64,000 bases of DNA from assembly GCA_964016885.1 (NCBI GenBank), contig OZ024741.1, positions 188,914,001 through 188,978,000 on the forward strand, written 5' to 3'. Made by a program: the position numbers and the translations under genes. Source of the DNA: Eledone cirrhosa. Its lineage: Eukaryota. The notes below the pieces were generated by a model. That model saw only the letters and a program-made list of their open reading frames with translations, had not been told where the DNA came from and searched no databases. Positions 11,551 to 22,365 of this stretch are shown here, in pieces; the stretch's first letter is position 1, and every line of letters starts with the position of its first letter.

Positions 11551-14500
11551 AACTCTCTCCTCCTCTGGCGCAGCCCAACACACCCTGCCATTATCCCACC
11601 ACCACTGTTCTTCTAGCCCTCAATTTTCCCACCGTTATGGATGGATGAGCTGAGAATAAATTTGAGCAACTCTGAATCAATAGATGAAATATGAATCTGC
11701 GAGCTACCAAGCACCCACGTGAAACGCCAACCCAGAGACCCTCCCCTATGAGTGTCGACAAATGCCCAAAACTCCGAGTTGGAACCATCAATGTAGGCTC
11801 AATGAAAGGAAGAGCAGGAGAAATCGTAGAAATGCTAGAGCGAAAGGAAATTGACGTATGCTGTGTGCAAGAGACAAGATGGAGAGGAGAGTCTGCTAGA
11901 GTCCTTGTAGGAAAAAGTCGGTGCTACAAATTTTTCTGGGTGGGAAATGATGATGGGATGGGTGGTGTAGGTATACTACTAGCTGACAAGTGGGTAGATA
12001 AAGTAATCTCAGTGTACAGGGTAAACGCAAGAATCATTAAACTCAGACTAGTCCTGAATAAAACAATTACCACAATAATATCAGCTTACGCACCCCAATC
12101 GGGGCTGCCAGACGAACTTAAGGATAGGTTTTACGAGTCCCTAATACACACTACTGCTCTAACAGACGACAAGGACTTCCTAATCATCGCAGGAGATTTT
12201 AACAGACACGTAGGTAAACACTGCGACGGCTACAATAGAGTACATGGAGGCCATGGGGTTGGCACAAGGAATGAGGAAGGATTCAGACTTCTAGAATTCT
12301 GCGACGCCAATGACATGTCGATATGTAACACAAACTTTAAAAAACCCGACAACCACCTGATCACCTATAGATCAGGGGAGCACTCTAGTCAGTTAGATTT
12401 TATCCTCATCAGAGGACGTGACAGATGGACGGTCGTAAACACAAAAGCCTTCCCTAGTGAGGAATGTACATCCCAACATAGCTTAGTTGTCAGCGACCTC
12501 ACGGTCAGAACTAGACGAGCCCTGAAACAGAGGCCAACCTGGAGAAGGAAGATCTGGAAGCTGAAAGTCCCCTCAACCAGTAACAGATTTAAAGATATTT
12601 TACTCAACGCCTACGACAGTAAAGAAGAACAGATAGAGACATTTAATGTAGAAGAGAACTGGGAGTTCCTAAAAAATAATTTACTAGAGGCGACGGACGA
12701 GGTCTGTGGCTGGAGTAAGACCTCAAGCAGGAGGAGAGTGACTTGGTGGTGGAACAATAAGGTAGATGAAGCAGTCAAGGCCAAGAGACAGGCATGGAAA
12801 GAATGGAAGAACGGGGGGAGCAGGGTACATTACATAGAGACCAAGAGGGAAGCTAGGCGACAAGTATACTTAGCTAGGAGGGAAGCAGAGGATAGAAAAT
12901 TCAAGCATGTTTTACAACGTGAGGACCAGAAACAAGAGGTATTCAAGATTGCGAGGCAGTGTGTCAGAGATAGTTGTGATGTCATTGGAGAGAAGTGTAT
13001 CCGGAATGATAAAGGTGAGCTTGCCCTCACAAGTGCTGAGAAGAAAGATGCATGGAAGAGTCATTATGATAGATTACTAAATGAGGAGAATGCATGGGAA
13101 GAAGAGACCCTACCCCAAGTAGACCCTATAGAGGGACCGGCAGTACAAGTGAGCGGCGGCGTAGTAAGTAAGGCAATCAGAGATATGAAGATGGGGAAGG
13201 CAACCGGTCCATCGGGTATAGCTGCCGAGATGCTGAAGGCATCTGGGTCTGTAGGTCACACTATAACCACACGTATCGTTAACCAGGTAATACTAGAAGG
13301 GGCCATACCAAAAGATTGGTGCAGTAGCATCATTGTCAACTGCTACAAAGGTAAAGGCGATGCACTAGATAGAGGAAACTATAGAGGTATAAAGTTGATG
13401 GACCAGGTCATGAAAGTAACAGAAAGAGTTATAGCACAGCTGATTAGGGACCGGGTGAAAATAGACGAGATGCAATTTGGGTTTGTACCAGGAAGAGGCA
13501 CCACTGATGCCCTCTTCCTTGTGAGGCAATTACAGGAAAAGTACCTAGCTAAAAGTAAGCCACTCTACTTGGCATTTGTCGACCTTGAGAAAGCTTTTGA
13601 CAGAGTTCCACGTGCTGTAATCTGGTGGGCTCTTAGAAAACTAGGAGTAGAGGAATGGCTTGTGAAAGCGGTACGAGCCATGTATAGGGGAGCAGTCAGC
13701 AAAGTTAGGATTAGCAATGAGTATAGCGAGGAATTTAGCGTACAGGTTGGGGTCCACCAGGGCTCTGTTCTTAGCCCTCTCCTGTTCATCATAGTCCTGC
13801 AGGCAATAACGGAGGAGTTTAGGACCGGATGCCCATGGGAACTCCTGTATGCTGATGACTTCGCACTCATAGCTGAATCTATGGTAGAACTAGAGAATAA
13901 ATTCCAAACCTGGAAGCAGGGACTAGAAAGAAAGGGTCTCAAAGTCAACATGACAAAGACTAAGGTCCTTGTAAGTAGACGAGAAAACAGAACCCAGATT
14001 CCCTCAGGGAAATGGCCTTGCTCAGTATGTAGGAAAGGTGTAGGTAGGAACTCCATTCTCTGCCCCAAATGCAAACAATGGGTACACAAGAGATGTAGCG
14101 GGATCTCAGGAAGCTTAATTAAGAATGTAGGATTCACATGCAGCAGCTGTGCTGAGACAGCAAACAGCAAACAGCCACAGGAAACAAGTACCACCAATCT
14201 CTGGGAGGGCTCTGTAGAAACAGTTGACAGCTTCTGCTACCTAGGTGACCGAATTAGCAACGGAGGTGGGTGTTCAGAAAGTGCAATAACTAGGGTAAGA
14301 ACGGGATGGAAGAAGTTTAGGGAACTACTACCACTGCTAGCTGCAAAAGGCTTCTCCCTCAGAATGAAAGGCAGACTGTATGATGCGTGTATCCGAACAG
14401 CGATGTTGCATGGTAGCGAGACCTGGGCGCTGAAGGTGGAAGACTTACGTAGATTAGAGAGAAACAAAGCCTGCATGCTCCGATGGATGTGTAACAATAA

Positions 14501-15120
14501 TATACGTGAACGACAAAGCATAAATGAATTGAGAGAGAGACTGAGCATAAGAGGAATCAAATGCTGTGTGCAGGAGAGGCGGTTGCGCTGGTATGGACAT
14601 GTGATGCGTATGAAGGATGATAGCTGCATAAAAAGGTGCAGAGCACTAGAAGTTGATGGAAACCGCGGAGTGGGGAGACCCAAGATGACCTGGGATGAGG
14701 TGATAAAAGCCGACCTTACCTAATTACACCTCTCAAAGACAATGACACACGACCGTGACTTCTGGCGTCACGCAGTAATGCAGAGTACCCGACCTCCCAT
14801 GGGTACACGCTGAAGCATATAGACAATATGCCCCATGCCCCCCACCGCAGTGTGGTCATGGAGGTGCCACGGAAAAAAAGCACCCAGCCCACACTGTAAA
14901 GTGGACGTGTAAGCGCCACGGAAAAAAAGTACCCAGCACTCACTGTAAATGAGGTTGGTGTTAGGAAGGGCATCCAGCTGTAGAAACCAAGCCAAATCAG
15001 TTCCTGTATGAGCAAGGCATGGTCAGCCGACCAGACACTGCCCACAACAGGACAACCCGTCTAACCCATGCTAGCGTGGAAGAACGGACGTAAAACGGTG
15101 ATGATGATGATGATGATGAT
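11551..15120 (+). mobile_element. Near-full-length RTE-clade LINE with (GAT)n tail, inserted in a (TA)n tract
   Basis: Short 5' region, a single long ORF, and a 3' UTR ending GGACGTAAAACGGT(GAT)n. The flanks rejoin to the uninterrupted sequence in the left arm of IR1. Confidence 0.95.
11691..14723 (+). CDS. RTE ORF: apurinic-like endonuclease, reverse transcriptase and PHD-type zinc finger
   Basis: 1010 aa. APE motifs TINVGS, QET, GDFN, DFIL, SQH. RT motifs KGKGD...NYRGI, QFGF, DLEKAFD, GVHQGSVLSPLLF, YADD. C4HC3 finger CSVC...CPKC..WVHKRC...CSSC. Confidence 0.95.
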   Translation: MNLRATKHPRETPTQRPSPMSVDKCPKLRVGTINVGSMKGRAGEIVEMLERKEIDVCCVQETRWRGESARVLVGKSRCYKFFWVGNDDGMGGVGILLADKWVDKVISVYRVNARIIKLRLVLNKTITTIISAYAPQSGLPDELKDRFYESLIHTTALTDDKDFLIIAGDFNRHVGKHCDGYNRVHGGHGVGTRNEEGFRLLEFCDANDMSICNTNFKKPDNHLITYRSGEHSSQLDFILIRGRDRWTVVNTKAFPSEECTSQHSLVVSDLTVRTRRALKQRPTWRRKIWKLKVPSTSNRFKDILLNAYDSKEEQIETFNVEENWEFLKNNLLEATDEVCGWSKTSSRRRVTWWWNNKVDEAVKAKRQAWKEWKNGGSRVHYIETKREARRQVYLARREAEDRKFKHVLQREDQKQEVFKIARQCVRDSCDVIGEKCIRNDKGELALTSAEKKDAWKSHYDRLLNEENAWEEETLPQVDPIEGPAVQVSGGVVSKAIRDMKMGKATGPSGIAAEMLKASGSVGHTITTRIVNQVILEGAIPKDWCSSIIVNCYKGKGDALDRGNYRGIKLMDQVMKVTERVIAQLIRDRVKIDEMQFGFVPGRGTTDALFLVRQLQEKYLAKSKPLYLAFVDLEKAFDRVPRAVIWWALRKLGVEEWLVKAVRAMYRGAVSKVRISNEYSEEFSVQVGVHQGSVLSPLLFIIVLQAITEEFRTGCPWELLYADDFALIAESMVELENKFQTWKQGLERKGLKVNMTKTKVLVSRRENRTQIPSGKWPCSVCRKGVGRNSILCPKCKQWVHKRCSGISGSLIKNVGFTCSSCAETANSKQPQETSTTNLWEGSVETVDSFCYLGDRISNGGGCSESAITRVRTGWKKFRELLPLLAAKGFSLRMKGRLYDACIRTAMLHGSETWALKVEDLRRLERNKACMLRWMCNNNIRERQSINELRERLSIRGIKCCVQERRLRWYGHVMRMKDDSCIKRCRALEVDGNRGVGRPKMTWDEVIKADLT

Positions 15121-16826
15121 ATATATAGTTGCGTATGTACGTGTGATTAGATATAAATGTGCCGATATATATATATGTGCTTCGTGTGTATGTATGCGCG
15201 CCTCTGTATGTACGTTTGTATGTGCTTTTGTCTGTACGTATTTATATATATATATGTGTGTTCGTACGAACCTATGTTTGTTTTCTTTTTTTCTAGTGTT
15301 AATTTATAATTGATAACCCCTCCCTCTTACTTTCTCTTTGATTTAAAAATTTTTATTCTCTTATATTGTTTCATTTTTATATGTATCGAGCCTCAGACTG
15401 ACACCACTTTGGCTGATAGACTCCCTTCCCTCTATATATCACTCGCATGTGTGTGATCGCGCGTGTGTGTGTGTTTATACGCGTGCTTTCATACTGGTAT
15501 GTGTGTATATTTCATTCCTTAATACTTGTATCTGGATGTACGTTAACTCTATTATCCTACAATTCCTTTTTCAACATATATTATATATGTATTTGTGGTC
15601 ACACATACACTGATATGCTTGCCCTCATATATGTACTTACGCACATGATTTTTCACTATGCACATGCATTTGTATATACACACATATGTACATTTGTGAG
15701 TGAATATACACACATTTATACACATACCCTAACTATATTTCCTTATTTTTTTATATATCTCTTGCACTACTTTTATTTATATATTTTTTTTGCCTGTTAA
15801 ACTTTTGCCTTTCTTGAGGAGATTTTTCAAATATTTCACTATGCTTTAAATTGCCTTATTCGACGAACGAATGAGGACGTTTTTCGTATTCGTCTTATTC
15901 GGAAAACCTCTGGTAATGAGGTTATTGTATTGTTTATTATACACTAAATTTAGCTCTGGCACTTACATAGAACACTCTTCACTCCTATGACTTTTTCAAT
16001 TTTCAACGGAAACTTCAATACCTATATATATAAATGAGTGGGATGAAATACAGAGACAAGAAGGAATGGAAAAAATGTGGAATATTAAAGACTTAAGGAA
16101 TACAAGAGAAATTCTAATCATCAGCTGATTCCTCTAAATTTATGGTTTTTAAATAGGCAGACAGATGGAAAGCCATAGCTTAGAGTCATACTAGCACAAG
16201 ACTTTCAAATTAGGAAGGTGTTGTTCAGAAGAGATGAACAACACGTGAGACATACTACATGTGTCGGTGTCGCACAGACAGATAAAGATTCTCGTTGTTC
16301 AGTCACCAAAATTGTAAATAAATAATGTTTTCTACTTTTGGCACAAGGCCAGCAATTACGCCAGTGCATTACTGGTGCTGTATTTTATCGACCCCATAGG
16401 GATGAAAGGCAAAGTTAACCTCGACGGGATTTGACCATAAAGGGCCATAACTCTATGCTGCAAAGCATGGTGTCTGACGCTCTACCGATACTGCCAAACC
16501 ACCGCCCTTGTAAATAAATAATGGGATAAAATAATGAACAGGTAAGAACAAAATGGTTGTGATACCAGGATGAAACATTGAAGACAAGTACAGAATCCAT
16601 CACAACCCTTTTGTTCTAAGGACTCTGAGGTACTTTTCCCAATTGTGTGATTACCAAAAAAAGTTTAGAGGCTGTTAGGTGATGATTGGAATTCTTTTGT
16701 ATTCATTGTCTATTACATTCCCCATTTTTTTTTTTCTGCCCATTTCTGTATTGACCTGTCTCTTCATATTTCGGCTAGTTTCTTCACATTTGATTTATTA
16801 CATTCCACACAGATATATATTAGGCA

Positions 16827-17160
16827 TATGGCTTAGTGGTTAGAGCATTGGCCTTGCAATCAAAAGGTTGTGAGTTCAATTCTCAGACCGGGTGATATGT
16901 TGTTTCCTTGAGCAAGAGACTTTATTTCACATTGCTCCAGTTTACTCAGCTGTAGAAATGAGATGATAGGGACTGGGGTCTCTATCATTCCACTGCAAAG
17001 TGGTCGTGGAGGTGCCACGGCAAAAAAAGCACCCAGCACTCACTGTAAATGAGTTGGTGTTAGGAAGGGCATCCAGCTGTAGAAATCAAGCCAAAATCAG
17101 TTCCCGTCCCACCCTTGCAAGCAGGGAAAAGCGGACGTAAAATGAAATGATGATGATGAT
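16827..17160 (+). mobile_element. tRNA-headed SINE family B with RTE-derived 3' tail
   Basis: TGGCTTAGTGGTTAGAGC (A box), GAGTTCAATTC (B box), a CCTTGAGCAAG core, then TTGGTGTTAGGAAGGGCATCCAGC shared with the RTE 3' UTR, and (TGA)n. Confidence 0.85.
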
Positions 17161-17326
17161 ATGAAAAATGAAATGATGATATATATATATATATATCATC
17201 ATCATCATCACCACCACCACTTAACATCCATTTTTCCACACTAGTATGGCTTAGATGAGTTGTCCCATTGTGAGACAAGTCAGATCAGGCAACCGTGTCT
17301 TGCTCATTCAGAACTGATATACATAT

Positions 17327-17480
17327 ATATGAAAAGATTCAGGACTCCGACGGCTGAGCTCCAGATCTAGCTGTCGAAATGGCCAGAGCTCAGCCGTCAG
17401 GGTCCTGAATCTTTTCATATTACCCACTCTACTACCCCAAGTATCGAGTATCATGGTGGGTTATGGTCAGGTAGTGCATA
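17327..17480 (+). repeat. Palindromic short element, copy 1 (94-bp hairpin plus conserved tail)
   Basis: ATATGAAAAGATTCAGGACTCCGACGGCTGAGCTC pairs with GAGCTCAGCCGTCAGGGTCCTGAATCTTTTCATAT. Tail TACCCACTCTACTACC is shared with the 24111 copy. Confidence 0.85.
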
Positions 17481-17492
17481 TATATAATGTAG

Positions 17493-17526
<34 letters not shown>

Positions 17527-17640
17527 TTTAAAAAAATGAAAACGAAATTTCATTTCTCACTCTTAGTATGGCACTTACTTAAATGTAAGTATGTATGTAT
17601 ACGTACATACATATATGTATACAGACGTACAGTAGCATGC

Positions 17641-17672
<32 letters not shown>

Positions 17673-17974
17673 GCATACAGGTACACATACATATATGCAC
17701 GCATCAGTTTAGCCAACGTTTATTATAACGCCGGCCGTTTTGTTCGTTTGTTTGTCAACAAACCGAACAGCCTGAATTTATGCCATACGGTGTTAAGGCA
17801 ACCACGTCACCTTTTTGTTCAACACTGACACAGGAACGATGTACTAGTTTCAAGCTTGTTAGCTATCATCAGCACCGTTTACCCATCTGTTATATATATA
17901 TATATATATATATTAGAAAGTGAGGTTTTTTTTACAAAATGAAAAATAACCAAGGTGTCCTACACGAGTGAAAG

Positions 17975-19141
17975 TATAAAGAAAAAGAGATGAAATCGAA
18001 AATGCAACTGGAGTCTTATTTTTTTTTAAAATATATATATTTATTTGGTTCCTTTACCGGTTTCGCAGTTCTTCTGCTTTTCAAAAGGTGAGTTGAGATG
18101 GAGGGTCTGTGGTTTTTCTCACATCTGGTTGGTCTCTGAATGTTACTTGTTTTATATGGAAAAAGTGGCTCAAAATGCCAGGTTTTTCGAGAAGTAATTT
18201 GATTGTTTTGTCAATAATTATAATAAATTTCGCGCCAGTTCGCGTTACAATAGTTCTTCAAATAAGAGGGGGGAGGTTGTCACAGGTTGTTTTTTCATAT
18301 ATGAGTATTTGAATTTCTTTTTACTTGAAAAAAGGGGGCTCACGAAGGCTTTTTTTTGGTTGGTTATAAATGAAATTATGGCTGTCACGTGAACAAGTTT
18401 TCATTAAATTTTTGTGCCCTTATTTGGAAATCCATTCTGTAGCCTTTTTAGAGAATTTTATGATAAGTGAAAGATAATTGTTTCTACTTTAGGCACAAGG
18501 CCAGCAATTACCCAGTGTGTTACTGGTACTTTATTTCATCGACCCCGTAAGGATGAAAGGCAAAAGATAATGGTCAAGAGAAAGGGATGGGAGAATTGTT
18601 CTGGTTCAGTGAATATGGTTAGTTCGCTGGGGTGTCAGAATTCAGATTTTCTATTGAATAAAGAAAGTAAAGATATGTATGTTTATTTGTGTGCTTGTGT
18701 GTGTGTGCGTGTGTGTGTGTGTGTGTTTGAATTTCTTTACTTTAAAAAGGTGGCTCACGAAGGCTTTTTTTTAATAAACGTGATTTGATTGGTTATAAAT
18801 GAAATTTGGCTGTCACGTGAACAAGTTTTCATTACATTTTTGCGCCCTTATTTGGAAAACTATTCTGTAGCCTTTATAGAGAATGTTATGACAATGGAAA
18901 GATAGTGGTCAAGAGAAATGGGATTGGGAGAATTGTTCTGGTTCAGTGAATATGGTTAGTTCGCTCGGGTGTCAGAGTTCAGATTTTCTATTGAAGTGAA
19001 GATATGTATGTTTAGAAAATAAAAACCCGAACTAAATAAACCTTAACATACGTTTGCACTGACAATACAACAGAGCAAATACGAATAAGTAAGGAAAATA
19101 TGTTCATTCAAAAATATTCCTACTAAAGGAATCATTTTCCT

Positions 19142-19180
<39 letters not shown>

Positions 19181-20426
19181 ATATATATATATATTCTCTT
19201 CATCTTAACATGCTAACCAAACTCCCACACACATAACACCCATACACACACATAACAACCCCCACACCCACAACTCCCTCCCCCATTTCTACTAATAGAA
19301 CCACTTTCCTACACATATATATACACACACACAAAATATATATTCTCTCCATCTTAACATACTCGCACACACACACATAACACCCATATACACACACACA
19401 CAACTCCCTCCCCCATTTCTACTAATAGAATCATCTTCCAATACACACACACACACATACACACACACAAGCACACAAATAAACTTCACTTCAATAGAAA
19501 ATCTGAACTCTGACACCCCAGCGAACTAATCATATTCACTGAACCAGAACAATTCTCCCAATCCCATTTCTCTTGACCACTATCTTTCCATTGTCATAAC
19601 ATTCTCTATAAAGGCTACAGAATAGTTTTCCAAATAAGGGTGCAAAAATGTAATGAAAACTTGTTCACGTGACAGCCAAATTTCATTTATAACCAATCAA
19701 ATCACGTTTATTAAAAAAAAGCCTTCGTGAGCCACCTTTTTTAAAGTAAAGAAATTCAAACACACACACACACACACGCACACACGCACACACACACAAG
19801 CACACAAATAAACATACATATCTTTACTTTCTTTATTCAATAGAAAATCTGAATTCTGACACCCCAGCGAACTAACCATATTCACTGAACCAGAACAATT
19901 CTCCCATCCCTTTCTCTTGACCATTATCTTTCACTTATCATAAAATTCTCTAAAAAGGCTATAGAATGGATTTCCAAATAAGGGCACAAAAATTTAATGA
20001 AAACTTGTTCACGTGACAGCCATAATTTCATTTATAACCAACCAAAAAAAAGCCTTCGTGAGCCCCCTTTTTTCAAGTAAAAAGAAATTCAAATACTCAT
20101 ATATGAAAAAACAACCTGTGACAACCTCCCCCCTCTTATTTGAAGAACTATTGTAACGCGAACTGGCGCGAAATTTATTATAATTATTGACAAACCAATC
20201 AAATTACTTCTCGAAAAACCTGGCATTTCGAGCCACTTTTTCCATATAAAACAAGTAACATTCAGAGACCAACCAGATGTGAGAAAAACCACAGACCCTC
20301 CATCTCAACTCACCTTTTGAAAAGCAGAAGAACTGCGAAACCGGTAAAGGAACCAAATAAATATATATATTTTTAAAATAAATAAGACTCCAGTAGCATT
20401 TTCGATTTCATCTTTTTTTCTTTATA
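17975..20426. repeat. Inverted duplication IR2 (arms 17975-19001 and 19484-20426; spacer about 480 bp)
   Basis: Arms are reverse complements, with near-identical ORF translations on opposite strands (18109-18312 + and 20089-20292 -). Each arm contains an internal tandem duplication. Confidence 0.95.
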
Positions 20427-20892
20427 TATATATATATATATATGTAGATAAATAAGTATTTTATATATATATATATATATAATGTAGTGAATTTTGTAAA
20501 AAAAAATTTATATCTAAAGTTAGCAGAGTACTCCATCCAAGGGTTGAGTTGTGATATACATAATTTGGTTAGATTCTCAACATATTTCCATCCATTGAAA
20601 TGTATGTATTCAACAAATGAAAATGTAAACTTAACCAAATTTTGTGCGTGTGTGTGTATATATATATGTTTGAAATGTGTATATCCCAATGCAAATGAAT
20701 GTAATAATAGTCAATCATTATAAAGAACATTAGTACCCCTGGCAACAGAAAAAGTACATAGAAATGCCTACAATATAATCAAACACCAAATTTCTCAGAT
20801 GTTAAATGAGTGTGTTAACCATTATGCCATCTTTTTTAGAAATCTTCTAAAAATAAAAGATGGAATTGGTGGCCAGTGGCTCTTTAACCAGG

Positions 20893-21510
20893 GAGCATGG
20901 TTTTTATGCTTGGATGCCCTTCCTAATGCCAGCCACTTTTCAGTGTGTACTAGAAGCATGGTTTCTATTGCTGGATGCCCTTCCTAATGCCAGCCACTTT
21001 TCAGTGTGTACTAGAAGCATGGTTTCTATTGCTGGATGCCCTTCCTAATGCCAGCCACTTTTCAGTGTGTACTAGAAGCATGGTTTCTATTGCTGGATGC
21101 CCTTCCTAATGCCAGCCACTTTTCAGTGTGTACTAGAAGCATTGTTTCTATTGCTGGATGCCCTTCCTAATGCCAGCCACTTTTCAGTGTGTACTAGAAG
21201 CATGGTTTCTATTGCTGGATGCCCTTCCTAATGCCAGCCACTTTTCAGTGTGTACTAGAAGCATGGTTTCTATTGCTTGGATGCCCTTCCTAATGCCAGC
21301 CACTTTTCAGTGTGTACTAGAAGCATGGTTTCTATTGCTTGGATGCCCTTCCTAATGCCAGCCACTTTTCAGTGTGTACTAGAAGCATGGTTTCTATGGC
21401 TGGATGCCCTTCCTAACACAAACCCTTTTGCAGTGTGTACTGGGAGCATAGTTTCTATGGCTAGATGCCCTTCCTAATACCAATTCCTTTACAGAATGTA
21501 CTGGGAGCAT
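20893..21510. repeat. 61/62-bp minisatellite, about 10 copies
   Basis: Unit AGCATGGTTTCTATTGCTGGATGCCCTTCCTAATGCCAGCCACTTTTCAGTGTGTACTAGA; central copies are nearly identical. Confidence 0.95.
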
Positions 21511-22365
21511 TTTATTGTGACTCTGACACTACCACCTTTCAGGGTGGAATGGGTGCTTTTTGTTGTGGCACCTGACCACCACCTTACAGAGTGTACTTGG
21601 TGTGGCACCTGCACTATTTCATTACAACAGTTGAGTGATCAGTATACAAGGTTATGCTGCAATACAGGCATTGAACTGTTGGAGAAGAAGGTCATAGTGG
21701 TGGCCTTGAAAGAAATGGATGTTGTCTGATATATTGTGGGGTCTGCTTGGCATAAAAAGGGGCATTTATATACTGCTTGGGACAAGTGTTAAGGTGGGTG
21801 GTGTCAGTCATTTTGAGGTATGCCAGGATTTCCTGGGTTGGCAAAGTATTGGGGGTGCAAGGGTTCAGCAGGGGTGGTGAATCAGTCAAGGTTCGTTCTA
21901 GCTTTCCATGCTAGCATGGGTTGGACGATGAAGTCAAGAGTATATTGGCAGATGAGGACCTGAGAGTTGTTCCATCTCACTGCTTCTTTAACTTTAGGGT
22001 AGAGAAGGTATCAGGAGCATCCTGGCAGGGATTTCAGGAGTATACTTAGTTTGTTGCCCATTTTAACCACTTAACCCTTGAATGCCTTAAGTGAAGTCCA
22101 CACATCATTTGTATCCATCCATAGTTCTGTTGAGAACTTGATACTTTGATGCACTCTTTCCTTATGCAAAAGCCTTCAATTGCAGTTTCTACTTTTTTTC
22201 CAGCAGTCACAAAAGCCCTGAACAAAATGTTATGGATACTAAAATCTTTCCTTCCTTCCTCTCTAAGATATAGAAAAAAGAGTGATGCCCTTCCTATGAG
22301 AAACACAAGCAAATTGAAGCACCCTCTGAACTAATGTGATCTGTTTTCTTTTTTTCTTCCATCAG

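Larger units (their letters stand above)
11268..16807. repeat. Right arm of IR1, interrupted by the RTE LINE
   Basis: Matches the reverse complement of 8615-10804 on both sides of the LINE; lacks the 10181-10370 block. Confidence 0.95.

Noticed and set aside
10310-11653. Many V/C/Y/I-rich ORFs
   Set aside because: Translations of (TA)n/(TG)n microsatellite sequence.
12389-14683. Antisense ORFs up to 210 aa within the LINE
   Set aside because: Shadow frames of the RTE ORF with no independent motifs.
20893-21510. CRISPR-like periodicity
   Set aside because: Pure tandem repeat with no unique spacers or cas genes, in a eukaryotic context.
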